Below are positions 38,066 through 46,756 of a stretch of DNA of 49,396 nt, piece after piece. The stretch is from a virus (Duplodnaviria; Caudoviricetes). The notes under the pieces were generated by a model. The model did no database searches. It was not told the origin of the DNA and saw only the letters and a list, made by a program, of their open reading frames with translations. The position numbers were made by a program, and so were the translations under genes. The stretch lies in the IMG/VR virus record IMGVR_UViG_3300037762_000210, positions 1-49,396 of that record; one strand, 5' to 3'. The number at the start of each line of letters is the position of its first letter. The first letter of the stretch is position 1.

Positions 38066-38221
38066 ATGAGCGCAGGCAGGGATAAGAAGGCCAGAACAAA
38101 TGAGCGCAAGGTGCAACTTGCCCGCGCCCTGTTGATGCGCGGAGCAATCAAGGAGGCTCAACTTGAACGGCGGGCAGCAAGGCGCGCTAAACGCCGTTTG
38201 TTGAAAGCCAAGAATGGCTAG
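38066..38221 (+). CDS. Small Arg/Lys-rich protein
   Basis: AAGGA RBS; ERRAARRAKRRLLK. Confidence 0.45.
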   Translation: MSAGRDKKARTNERKVQLARALLMRGAIKEAQLERRAARRAKRRLLKAKNG

Positions 38222-38526
38222 TCCTCTGGACTGCAACGATCAAATGAGCGGCGCGGCCATACGCGATGGCACCGCAGGCGTGGACGACCGAGCGGATAGG
38301 AGCGGATACCCGGCACGAAAAGGCGGTCAGATCCGCCCCCTGGCAACAGGCGTGTTCAACGGCGCTCTCTGTGAGGATCGCGATGCGAGCCGGAGTAGTC
38401 ACCCGGCTGAAGTTCCTGGGCACTAACGGCCGGTGAAAATCCTGCCGCCGCTCCTCAATTCTGGGCTACGCCGCATGTACTTTAGTACTTTAGCAAAGTA
38501 CATGGCCCATCCTATCGATAGCAGCC

Positions 38527-38712
38527 ATGAGTAATGACATGCTTCGCGCCTTGGCCTACGGCGGGCGCAACCGATTTGTGACCGCCTACATGATGTTCCG
38601 GGCTACCTACTCGTATTCGATGGCCTCGGGCGTATGCACGCGATGGGAATCATTTGCGGCCGCGTGTCGGAACTTCTGGCACTACTTCTGGCAGCCGAGG
38701 AAGTATGGCTGA
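38527..38712 (+). CDS. Hypothetical protein
   Basis: 61-aa ORF. Confidence 0.4.
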   Translation: MSNDMLRALAYGGRNRFVTAYMMFRATYSYSMASGVCTRWESFAAACRNFWHYFWQPRKYG

Positions 38713-38718
38713 CTACGC

Positions 38719-39045
38719 ATGGTAAGTAAGAAAACGACCTACGCGAGCATATTGCGCTCCGTACAGCCAGGAGAAAGTGTTGTCTTAAAGGCCACGATGA
38801 GTTCTCTTTCAGGCATAGCGCGTAAGCAATGGGGCGCAAACATGGTGATTTGCAAGACGGTGGGCGATGGTATCCGAGTTACGAGAATGCTTCCGACTCC
38901 GGTATTGATAATCAATGGCGAGTACGTGCAATTCGCTTCCCCAAAGGAGGCCACCAAGTTCTATGTCCACTACCGCAGCACACTAAAGATAACGTACCTT
39001 GTTGCGGTACAGAAGAGCGCGGCTATCAAGGGGAAAGAATGCTGA
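38719..39045 (+). CDS. Hypothetical protein (possibly DNA-binding)
   Basis: 108 aa; SVQPGESV...GIRVTR motif; AT-richer codons. Confidence 0.5.
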   Translation: MVSKKTTYASILRSVQPGESVVLKATMSSLSGIARKQWGANMVICKTVGDGIRVTRMLPTPVLIINGEYVQFASPKEATKFYVHYRSTLKITYLVAVQKSAAIKGKEC

Positions 39046-40016
39046 ACGACGCGGACATCTTGATCACGGGCGGCACCGGATCCTTCGGGCGCGCCATCGT
39101 GCGCCACCTGCTCACCCTCGACGCACCGCCGAGGCGGGTGATCGTCTTCTCCAGGGACGAACTGAAGCAGCACGAGATGGCGCGCGAGCTCGGCTACCGC
39201 GGCGAAGTGGAAGGCGAGCGGCTGCGCTTTTTCGTGGGCGACGTGCGGGACGAAGCGCGCCTGCGCCAGGCCTTCCGGGGCGTGGACTACGTGATCCACG
39301 CCGCCGCCATGAAGCAGGTGCCGGCCTGCGAGTACAACCCGACCGAGGCGATCGCGACCAACATCGGCGGGGCCGTGGCCGTGGTCGAGGCGGCGATCGA
39401 CTCAGGCGTGAAGCGGGTGGTCGCGCTCTCCACCGACAAGGCGGTGAACCCGGCGAACCTGTACGGCGCGACGAAGCTATGCGCGGAGAAGCTCTTCACC
39501 GCGGCGAACGCGCTCGCGGGCTCACTTGAGACCCGCTTCGCGTGCGTGCGGTACGGCAACGTGCTCGGGAGCCGCGCGAGCGTGCTCCAGGTGTGGCGGG
39601 CGCAGCTCGCCGCCGGCCAGAAGGTAAGCCTCACGAGCCCTCTGATGACGCGCTTCTGGGTGAGCCTGCCGAGCGCCGTGGCCTACGTGCTCTCTGTGCT
39701 CGAGCGCATGCGCGGCGCGGAGATCTTCGTTCCCAAGCTCCCGAGCTGCTCCATGCTCGAGCTCGCCCAGATGCTCGCCCCCGAAGCGGGCTGGGAGCGC
39801 ATCCCAGTGCGCCGCGGCGAGAAGATGCACGAGACCCTGATCAGCGCGGACGAGGCGGGCCGAGTGCAAGCCTGGCCTGCGGAGTTCGTGATCACCCCAG
39901 AGCCGGTGCCCGAAGGCGAGTGGCGCTTGCAGGACGATTTCACCTACCGCAGCGACACGAACGACTACCGACTCACCCCTGAGCTCTTCCGCAAACTCCT
40001 CGCCCAGACCCCATGA
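39039..40016 (+). CDS. pseB: UDP-N-acetylglucosamine 4,6-dehydratase (inverting), PseB/FlaA1 family
   Basis: ITGGTGSFG, SRDELKQ, HAAAMKQVPACEYNP, LSTDKAVNPANLYGATKL, RYGNVLGSR, MTRFW and GEKMHE motifs. Confidence 0.9.
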   Translation: MLNDADILITGGTGSFGRAIVRHLLTLDAPPRRVIVFSRDELKQHEMARELGYRGEVEGERLRFFVGDVRDEARLRQAFRGVDYVIHAAAMKQVPACEYNPTEAIATNIGGAVAVVEAAIDSGVKRVVALSTDKAVNPANLYGATKLCAEKLFTAANALAGSLETRFACVRYGNVLGSRASVLQVWRAQLAAGQKVSLTSPLMTRFWVSLPSAVAYVLSVLERMRGAEIFVPKLPSCSMLELAQMLAPEAGWERIPVRRGEKMHETLISADEAGRVQAWPAEFVITPEPVPEGEWRLQDDFTYRSDTNDYRLTPELFRKLLAQTP

Positions 40017-40717
40017 ACCCTTTCCAAGTGGTCAAGGATTTCGAGCAGGCACTCGCCGAGTACACCGGAGCGCCCTACGCCGTCACGACCACGAGCTGCA
40101 CAATGGCGCTGTTGCTGGCGGTGGCGTGGCACCGGCACTTCACGCGCTGGATTGCCATGGAGGCCGACAACCTCGCCGCCTACCTCAACCGACCCTTCGA
40201 GATCGAGATCCCGAAGCGCACCTACGTCGGCGTGCCGATGTCGATCATTCACGCGGGAGGGCGGCCCGTCTTTCGCGACGAGGACTGGCGCGGCATGTAC
40301 GAGCTAAAGCCCCTGCGGGTCTTCGATAGCGCGCGCTGGCTCACCGCCGGCATGTACACCGGCGCGACCGTGTTCGAGGCCCAAGGCGGGCCAGTTCGAG
40401 GGAGGTTGCGCGCCCTGCCGGGCACCATGATCTGCCTGTCCTTTCACTGGTCGAAGACCCTCGGCATCCAGCAGGGCGGCGCCATCCTGCTCGACGACCC
40501 CCAGGCCGATGCCTGGCTCAGGCGGGCGCGCTTTGACGGGCGCGAGGAGGGCGTGCACCCCAAGGACCAGAAGAACTGGCAGCTTGGCTACCACGCCTAC
40601 ATGGCCCCCGAGACCGCAGCCGCGGGCCTGGTGCGCCTCGCCAACCTGCCCAAGAACAACGACCCGCTACCAAACTCAGACTACCCGGATCTCTCGCAGA
40701 TGGATATATTCCGGTGA
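40013..40717 (+). CDS. Short DegT/DnrJ PLP-dependent aminotransferase (PseC-like)
   Basis: FEQALAEYTGAPYAV..SCT.AL, DSA, and SFHWSKTL...GGAI carrying the PLP lysine; only 234 aa. Confidence 0.8.
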   Translation: MNPFQVVKDFEQALAEYTGAPYAVTTTSCTMALLLAVAWHRHFTRWIAMEADNLAAYLNRPFEIEIPKRTYVGVPMSIIHAGGRPVFRDEDWRGMYELKPLRVFDSARWLTAGMYTGATVFEAQGGPVRGRLRALPGTMICLSFHWSKTLGIQQGGAILLDDPQADAWLRRARFDGREEGVHPKDQKNWQLGYHAYMAPETAAAGLVRLANLPKNNDPLPNSDYPDLSQMDIFR

Positions 40718-40770
40718 ACCGGGCCCAGCGCCGCGCGGCCGCCCGCCGCGCACGAAGGAGGAGACCCCAC

Positions 40771-40986
40771 ATGGCACAGACCGGCCAACAGCAGCAGCTC
40801 GGCCAAGAGCAGCAGATCCACTTTCGCCACGGCCACACCGACACCCACGTGCTCGTACAGTTTTCGATGCCCATCGGACACGTTCTTTTCACGCCCGCCG
40901 AGACCGAAGCCTTCATCGCGGCCTTGAGGAACTCCCAGGCCAAACTCGCCGAGCACCAAGCAACGCTCGTGCAGAAGGCGAGCTAG
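40771..40986 (+). CDS. Hypothetical protein
   Basis: GGAGGAG RBS before ATG 40771; an upstream GTG start at 40714 is possible. Confidence 0.6.
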   Translation: MAQTGQQQQLGQEQQIHFRHGHTDTHVLVQFSMPIGHVLFTPAETEAFIAALRNSQAKLAEHQATLVQKAS

Positions 40987-40989
40987 GCC

Positions 40990-41346
40990 ATGGCCGATGG
41001 CATCCTGGATGGCGAAGGCCCGAGCGCTCCGCCCGATACGGGTGCGACCGAGATGGTCATCAAGACCGAGGGCGGGCGCGTGGTGATGCGTTTTCGCGAG
41101 CCGCGCCTGTGGGTGGCGTTTGACCCCTCGAACGCCGTGGCGATCGGCAAGTACCTGGTCGACTGCGCGGTGCAGTGCGGGGCGAAGGTCACGATTGAAG
41201 TCCCGCGGCGCGAGATCAGCCGGGAAAAGAGAGACGCCCTCGTCGCCCGCGCCACCGTCGTCTTCAAGAGCATGAGCGAGCGCGGCCGCGCCCCGAAGAC
41301 GATCGCGCTCCACGTGGTCGACTCGATCCTCGCGGCGATCGAATGA
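40990..41346 (+). CDS. Hypothetical protein
   Basis: 118 aa; GC3-rich; packed in the operon. Confidence 0.65.
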   Translation: MADGILDGEGPSAPPDTGATEMVIKTEGGRVVMRFREPRLWVAFDPSNAVAIGKYLVDCAVQCGAKVTIEVPRREISREKRDALVARATVVFKSMSERGRAPKTIALHVVDSILAAIE

Positions 41347-41921
41347 ACATCGCCATCGTTGGGCCGGGCGCCGCGCGAGGGGCGGGCAGCTTCTACGACG
41401 AGCGCTGGAAGATCTGGGGCATCAACTCCGCCTACCGCCAGCACCACGCGCGCTGGGCGAAGATGTTCAACCTGCATCGCCTGCGCCATCTCGAGCGCGA
41501 CTGCCCGCAGTACGTCGACTGGGATTCCACCTGGTCCAGGCGCAACCCTCGGGTGCCCATGGTCGTAGTGGACAGTTGGAAGGGACTCCTGAAGAACCAA
41601 GTGCTCTTCCCGCGGGCGGCGCTCGCCAAGCAGCCACGGGCTGACTACCACGCCTCGAGCTTCGACTGGCTACTCGCCTACGCCATCCACCTGAAGGCGA
41701 AACTGATCCACATCCATGGGGCGCGCTTCGCCCTCGATAGCCCGCGGGAGGAACCAATCTCGGCACGCGCGTGCCTCGAATACTGGTGCGGATACGCGCA
41801 AGGGCTGGGTATCAAGGTCACCGAGCATCGGGACTGCGAGCTCTTCGTCCAGTACCACTTGGTGCAGAGCCGCACGGTCTACGGCTACGACGACGTGCAC
41901 ATGGTCGAGTATCGCAAATGA
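41343..41921 (+). CDS. Putative nonulosonate transferase (Maf/DUF115/Cst-II-like fold)
   Basis: NIAIVGPG...IWGIN...SSFDWLLAYAIHL.AKLIHIHG.. pattern resembles CMP-sugar sialyltransferase-like folds; adjacent to pseF. Confidence 0.5.
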   Translation: MNIAIVGPGAARGAGSFYDERWKIWGINSAYRQHHARWAKMFNLHRLRHLERDCPQYVDWDSTWSRRNPRVPMVVVDSWKGLLKNQVLFPRAALAKQPRADYHASSFDWLLAYAIHLKAKLIHIHGARFALDSPREEPISARACLEYWCGYAQGLGIKVTEHRDCELFVQYHLVQSRTVYGYDDVHMVEYRK

Positions 41922-42520
41922 GCCGTGTGGCGATCATCCCCGCCCGCGGCGGCAGCCGGCGCATCCCGGGCAAAAACGTGAGGCCCTTCCACGGCCGACC
42001 GATCATCGAGTACTCGATCGAAACCGCGGCGCGCTCGGGGCTCTTCGATGCCGGAATCTGGGTCTCGACCGAGGACGCCGAGATCGCGCGCATCGCCTGG
42101 GCGGCGGGCGCGAAGGTGCACCCACGCCAGAAGGCCCTCGCCGAGAACGACGTCGGTACCCAAGACGTGATGGCGGCCGTGCTGAAGGAACTCTGGCCGA
42201 TCGATGATTTAGGGCGGCCAGCGACCGCCTGCTGCATCTACCCGTGCGCGCCGCTGATGCTGCCCGGGGACCTCGTCGCCGGCTGGCAGCGTCTCGTCAG
42301 GAGCAAAGACCTCGGCTATGTCTACAGCGTCGACCAAGACGGGCACGATGCCGGGCAGTGGTACTGGGGCCTTACCAGCGCCTTCCTGAACCACGTGCCG
42401 CTCGTCGGCCCGCACGTGTGGCTCGAGCGCATCCCGAAGGAGCGCGTCTGCGACGTGAACACCTTCGAGGACTGGGAGCGGGCGCACCACCTGTACGCAA
42501 CGATGAAGGAGAAACGATGA
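41918..42520 (+). CDS. pseF: Acylneuraminate/pseudaminate cytidylyltransferase (PseF/NeuA family)
   Basis: AIIPARGGSRRIPGKN, VSTED.EIA, CCIYPCAP, DAGQWYWG and DVNTFEDW motifs. Confidence 0.85.
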   Translation: MSRVAIIPARGGSRRIPGKNVRPFHGRPIIEYSIETAARSGLFDAGIWVSTEDAEIARIAWAAGAKVHPRQKALAENDVGTQDVMAAVLKELWPIDDLGRPATACCIYPCAPLMLPGDLVAGWQRLVRSKDLGYVYSVDQDGHDAGQWYWGLTSAFLNHVPLVGPHVWLERIPKERVCDVNTFEDWERAHHLYATMKEKR

Positions 42521-43068
42521 ACACCCCGCAAGAGACCGCTTGGCGCGGCGAGTTCGGCGACCGCCAACGAGCAGGGAAGATAGTAGCTAAAGCAATAATT
42601 CCCCCAAGTATCACTGATCTACATCGAGCAGCAGCATGGTGGGCAGCAGAAGGTTCGGTCGTCTATAAGAAACGAAGAACCAGTGTGACTGTCGCGCAAA
42701 AGGAAACGAGCGTGTTGCAGTGGTTCAAGGATCGTTTCGGCGGCTCAGTTCACGTTCGCAGGGTGTCTGTCTGGCAAGTGTGCGGATCCCGGGCGCGTGG
42801 GTTTCTCATGACGATTTTCTCCTGTCTCCCAGAATCCCCAAGGCGCCAGGATCAGATCCTCGCTGCCCTACGAGAGGTGGCTGGTTGGAAGAAAACCGGG
42901 CCAGTAGCACGCCCATTTTGCAGGCGTGGGCATGCGAAGCAGATAGGCCAGGATTGTCGGGAGTGCGCGCGGGAGCAGAATCGCAGATGGCGAGCAAGGC
43001 CAGAGCGAGCCGCCCAGCACAGAGAGCAGGAAAAAGCGCGCTACTACAGGAACAAGGAGGAGCGATGA
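42517..43068 (+). CDS. LAGLIDADG-like homing endonuclease fused to the methylase N-terminus
   Basis: AAAWWAAEGSV...VAQK...L.WF...FGGSV...W pattern; C-terminal CRRGH...CREC; AT-richer codons; first 15 aa duplicate those of the next gene. Confidence 0.65.
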   Translation: MNTPQETAWRGEFGDRQRAGKIVAKAIIPPSITDLHRAAAWWAAEGSVVYKKRRTSVTVAQKETSVLQWFKDRFGGSVHVRRVSVWQVCGSRARGFLMTIFSCLPESPRRQDQILAALREVAGWKKTGPVARPFCRRGHAKQIGQDCRECAREQNRRWRARPERAAQHREQEKARYYRNKEER

Positions 43069-43724
43069 ATACGCCACAAGAACAGGTGTGGGCCGGGACA
43101 TTTGGGGACTCCTACACCGACCGGAACATGGGCAGGACGCCCGCGAACCGGGCGTTCTTCCGGAAGGTCTGCCAGCACCCAGGCATCCAGACCACCCGGC
43201 ACTACTCAGGCGTGAGCTTCGAGAGCGCGCTCGAACTGGGCTGCGGGGCTGGGGAAAACCTGCAGGCACTGCGCCAGCTCTTTCCACAGATCGACCTCGC
43301 CGGCGTCGAGATCAACCCGAAGACGGCGATCGGCGCGCGAGCGCGCCTGCAGTGCCCGATCTACACCGACTCGATCCTCGACTTCAAGCCGACGCGGACC
43401 TGGGAGCTCGCCTTCACCAAGGGGCTCCTTATCCACATCCCCCCAACTGAACTCGAGCGCGCCTACGAGACGCTCGTGCTCGCGGCGAGCCGCTGGGTGC
43501 TGGTGGCCGAGTACTACAACCCCCAGCCCGTCGAAGTCCCCTACCGCGGCGAAGCAGGCCTGCTCTGGAAGCGCGACTTCGCGGGCGAACTGCTCGCGCG
43601 CTACCAGGAGCTGAGCCTCTTCAGTTACGGTTGGGTTTACCACAGGGACCCGTATCCCCAAGACGACCTCACTTGGTTCCTGCTGGAAAAGCGCCTGCCC
43701 AACCCTGACGCGGGGATCCGGTGA
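43065..43724 (+). CDS. Pseudaminic acid biosynthesis-associated SAM-dependent methylase
   Basis: QE..W.G.FGD.Y..RN, ELGCGAGENL, GVEIN, FTKGLLIHI, EYYNP.P....YRG...L.KRDFAGE and DDLTWFLLEK motifs. Confidence 0.85.
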   Translation: MNTPQEQVWAGTFGDSYTDRNMGRTPANRAFFRKVCQHPGIQTTRHYSGVSFESALELGCGAGENLQALRQLFPQIDLAGVEINPKTAIGARARLQCPIYTDSILDFKPTRTWELAFTKGLLIHIPPTELERAYETLVLAASRWVLVAEYYNPQPVEVPYRGEAGLLWKRDFAGELLARYQELSLFSYGWVYHRDPYPQDDLTWFLLEKRLPNPDAGIR

Positions 43725-43981
43725 GCCGCAGGAGCGGAAGCTGGCGCCCGCGCGATGAGCGTAAGGACCGAGTCACAGCGCAGGCGGAACCAGACGTCAC
43801 CCTGTCGGGCGTGACCCTCGGCCGCGAGACCGAAAACGCGGTGCTGGTCACCGTGAAGGACCAGAAGGACCCGATCTGGATGCCGCTCTCCCAGGTGACG
43901 AAGATCACCAAGGCTGGCGGCGCCATGGCTGACAGCATCACCGTCACCGCTTGGATCGCCAAGCAGAAAGGACTCGCATGA
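43721..43981 (+). CDS. Hypothetical protein
   Basis: ETENAVL...WMPLSQ...WIAKQKGL, a small phage-type domain. Confidence 0.65.
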   Translation: MSRRSGSWRPRDERKDRVTAQAEPDVTLSGVTLGRETENAVLVTVKDQKDPIWMPLSQVTKITKAGGAMADSITVTAWIAKQKGLA

Positions 43982-45084
43982 ACCGCTGCCGCCTGTGCCC
44001 GATGCCGGCTACGAGACCGGACACCCCGTTCGTGGACGGGATCTGCGCAGCCTGCATCGCCTACGCCAAGCGCCCCATGATCGACTGGGCCGAGCGCGGG
44101 CGCGAGCTCGACGCCATGCTCGAGCGCGGGCGAAACGGCTCGGGCTTCGATTGCATCGTGCCGAGCTCAGGGGGCAAGGACAGTCACTACCAAGTGCTGA
44201 AGCTGATCGAGCGCGGCGCCCGCCCGCTCGTGGTGACCGCCAGCACCTGCCACCTCACCCCCCACGGCAGGCAGAACATCGACAACCTCGCGCGCTACGC
44301 CACCACGATCGAGGTCACGCCGAACCGCACGGTGCGGGCGAAACTCAACCGCCTGGGGCTCGAAATGGTGGGCGACGTGAGCTGGCCCGAGCACGTGTCG
44401 ATCTTCACTACGCCTTTCCGGGTGGCGACCGACCTCGGCATCCCGCTCCTTTTCTACGGCGAGAATCCCCAGAACCAGTACGGCGGACCGGCGGGCAGCG
44501 AGGAGGCTTTGCAACTCACCCGGCGCTGGCGCTCGGAGTTCGGGGGTTTTCTCGGGCTACGCCCAGACGATATGGTGGGGCAGCTCGAGATCAGCGAGCG
44601 CGACATAACCGACTACGAGATGCCGGCCACCTGGGCGCGCGTGCCGCTCGAGGAGATCGAGGCCCACTTCCTCGGGCAGTACCTGCCATGGGACAGCCAC
44701 GAGAACGCCAAGGCCGCCTTCCAGGCCGGCATGCACCAGAGCCTGCCCAGCCCCGCGAACTACTGGCGCCACGAGAACCTGGACAATGCCCAGACCGGGC
44801 TGCACGACCACATGATGTACCGCAAATACGGCTACGGGCGCGGGTGCGCGCAACTCGCCGTCGACGTGCGCGCCGGCCGCGTGACGCGCGACTACGCCAT
44901 GGATTGGATCCGCGAGAACGACGGGCTTTTCCCCTTCACCTACGCCGGGGTGAACGTGAAAACCATGCTCCAGAGGATCGGCCTGTCGCTGGGAAAGCTC
45001 GAGCCGCTTCTTGCGCGCTTCACCAACCCCGAGCTCTTCGCCGGCGAGCGCGACCTGCGCCCCATCCTGAAGGAGTTCGTCTGA
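43978..45084 (+). CDS. N-acetyl sugar amidotransferase (WbuX/PseA family, PP-loop)
   Basis: C..C.MP.TRP...GIC.AC, FDCIVPSSGGKDS, YGEN...YGG and HDHMMYRKYGYGR motifs. Confidence 0.85.
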   Translation: MNRCRLCPMPATRPDTPFVDGICAACIAYAKRPMIDWAERGRELDAMLERGRNGSGFDCIVPSSGGKDSHYQVLKLIERGARPLVVTASTCHLTPHGRQNIDNLARYATTIEVTPNRTVRAKLNRLGLEMVGDVSWPEHVSIFTTPFRVATDLGIPLLFYGENPQNQYGGPAGSEEALQLTRRWRSEFGGFLGLRPDDMVGQLEISERDITDYEMPATWARVPLEEIEAHFLGQYLPWDSHENAKAAFQAGMHQSLPSPANYWRHENLDNAQTGLHDHMMYRKYGYGRGCAQLAVDVRAGRVTRDYAMDWIRENDGLFPFTYAGVNVKTMLQRIGLSLGKLEPLLARFTNPELFAGERDLRPILKEFV

Positions 45085-45827
45085 TGGCGCTCGCCAAGCG
45101 CGTGATCCCCGTGATGCTCGTCCGCGGGCGCGCGCTCGTGAAGGGCAAGGCCTTCAACTCCTGGCGCACCGTCGGGCACGCGGCGCAGGCCGCCAGGATT
45201 CACCAAGCGAGAGGCGTCGACGAACTCGTGCTCCTCGACATCGGCGCCACTCCAGAAGGCCGGGGCCCGGACCTGGGGCTCGTCGAGGAGCTGGCAGATG
45301 GCTGCTTCATGCCGCTGTCGGTCGGGGGCGGCATCCGCAGCGTCCAGGACGTGCGCGATCTGCTCAAGGCGGGCGCCGACAAGGTGGTGGTGGGCACCCA
45401 AGCCGTGCTCGAGCCCACCTTCATCGCCCAGGTCGCGCACAAGGTCGGGCGCCAGGCGCTCGTCGTGGCGATCGACTACCGTGACCGGCTGGTGCACACC
45501 CATTGCGGGAAGACCCCTACCTGCTACCACCCGATCTGGTGGGCCCTGAGGGTGGCCGCGCGTGGCGCCGGCGAGATCCTGCTTACCGATATGGACCGCG
45601 AAGGTGCCATGCAGGGCTACGACCTGCGCACGATCTCGGAGGTCGCGGCCGCCGTCCAGATTCCCGTGATCGCCCATGGCGGGGCGGGCTGCTACGAGCA
45701 CATGTGCGAGGCGATCGAGGCGGGCGCGAGCGCCGTAGCCGCCGGCTCGCTTTTCCAGTTCGAAGACGCCACGCCGAAAGGTGCGGCACAATACCTTGCC
45801 TGGAAGGGCATCGAGGCGAGGCTCTAG
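45084..45827 (+). CDS. HisF-like cyclase subunit (WbuZ/HisF2 type)
   Basis: KRVIP...LVKG..F, VDELVLLDI, CFMPLSVGGGI, GADKV, GAGEILL...DREG...GYD and ASAVAAGS.F motifs. Confidence 0.85.
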   Translation: MALAKRVIPVMLVRGRALVKGKAFNSWRTVGHAAQAARIHQARGVDELVLLDIGATPEGRGPDLGLVEELADGCFMPLSVGGGIRSVQDVRDLLKAGADKVVVGTQAVLEPTFIAQVAHKVGRQALVVAIDYRDRLVHTHCGKTPTCYHPIWWALRVAARGAGEILLTDMDREGAMQGYDLRTISEVAAAVQIPVIAHGGAGCYEHMCEAIEAGASAVAAGSLFQFEDATPKGAAQYLAWKGIEARL

Positions 45828-45836
45828 GAGGAGACC

Positions 45837-46295
45837 ATGCTGATCAAACTGACGGCGATCACCAACCCAGACGTCGATGGCGGGACGCCGGCACCATGCT
45901 ACGTCGACGCCACCCGCATCCTGTGGATCGGGCGAAGCCATGTGCAGTTCACGAAGCGCGACTCGGTCGAGGAAAAGAAAAGGCTGCACGACAAGCTCTA
46001 CGCTGCGGCCGTCGCGCTCTGGAAGCACGTGGGCGAATACATCCCGTCGATGACGGACCCAGTCGCCGTCGAGTGGATGAGCCGCGCCCGCGAGAGCGCC
46101 TCCATCGTCACGCAGGCGCACGAGCTCTGGGCACGCAGCTGGAAGGTGGAGGACCAGCACCCCGCGCAGAGCTGCACCGAGATCCAGCTTGCCTGTGGCA
46201 CGGCGCTCGAGCACGGGGTGATGCTCGCCCGGGTCTGGGTGAGCGAGACCCCGGAGGAAGTGGCGGCGCTCGTGCGTCAAAGGAGCGGCGCATGA
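45837..46295 (+). CDS. Hypothetical protein
   Basis: AGGAGGAG RBS; MLIKLT...YVDATRI...V.ETPEEV, a FlbD-like small-domain pattern. Confidence 0.65.
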   Translation: MLIKLTAITNPDVDGGTPAPCYVDATRILWIGRSHVQFTKRDSVEEKKRLHDKLYAAAVALWKHVGEYIPSMTDPVAVEWMSRARESASIVTQAHELWARSWKVEDQHPAQSCTEIQLACGTALEHGVMLARVWVSETPEEVAALVRQRSGA

Positions 46296-46747
46296 TCAGG
46301 CTCGTGGATCTCTACCGTGGCGGCAAGATCGACCAAGCCGACGTCGACTTCCTGTACCAGCTCCTCGCCGAGCGCCCACCCGAGGCGAACATCAGCCACC
46401 GCGACATGCCCACCCCAGAGCAGCACAAGCAATTCGTGCACCGCCGGCCCTACGCCGCCTGGTACTTGATCGAGCAGCACGGGCGGGTGCACACCTTGCC
46501 AGAGAGTGAGCCAGGAATCCCGGGCTCGTGGCCGGTCGGCGCGGTCTACCTCACCCAAGCGCGCGAGGTCGGCATCTTCGTCCTGAGGGTGCACTGGGGA
46601 AAGGGCCACGCGCGCGCCGCGCTCGAGGAGCTTCGCCGCCTGCACCCCGGCCCGATCCTCGCCAACGTCGCCCCAGGCAACGAGCGCTCGCACCGCTTCT
46701 TCCAAGCGGCCGGCGGGCGCCTGATCAGCCAGACCTACGAGCTCTAG
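46292..46747 (+). CDS. GNAT N-acetyltransferase (PseH-like role)
   Basis: FLYQLL.ER...NISH..MP, VG.VYL...EVGIF...WGKGHA and ANV...NERS..FF motifs. Confidence 0.75.
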   Translation: MIRLVDLYRGGKIDQADVDFLYQLLAERPPEANISHRDMPTPEQHKQFVHRRPYAAWYLIEQHGRVHTLPESEPGIPGSWPVGAVYLTQAREVGIFVLRVHWGKGHARAALEELRRLHPGPILANVAPGNERSHRFFQAAGGRLISQTYEL

Positions 46748-46756
46748 GAGGAGCCC

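Noticed and set aside
40714-40770. Lambda N-like arginine-rich antiterminator (NRAQRRAAARRARRRR)
   Set aside because: The strong RBS points to ATG 40771, and no nut-like sites were identified.
42562-43109. Group I intron or intein in the methylase gene
   Set aside because: The ORF fills almost the whole insert, the junctions lack the U/G intron signature, and there is a stop codon plus a new RBS and start, with no intein termini.
45084-45827. Histidine biosynthesis auxiliary gene hisF
   Set aside because: It sits next to a WbuX-type amidotransferase with no other his genes, which fits the glycan-amidation HisF2/WbuZ paralog.
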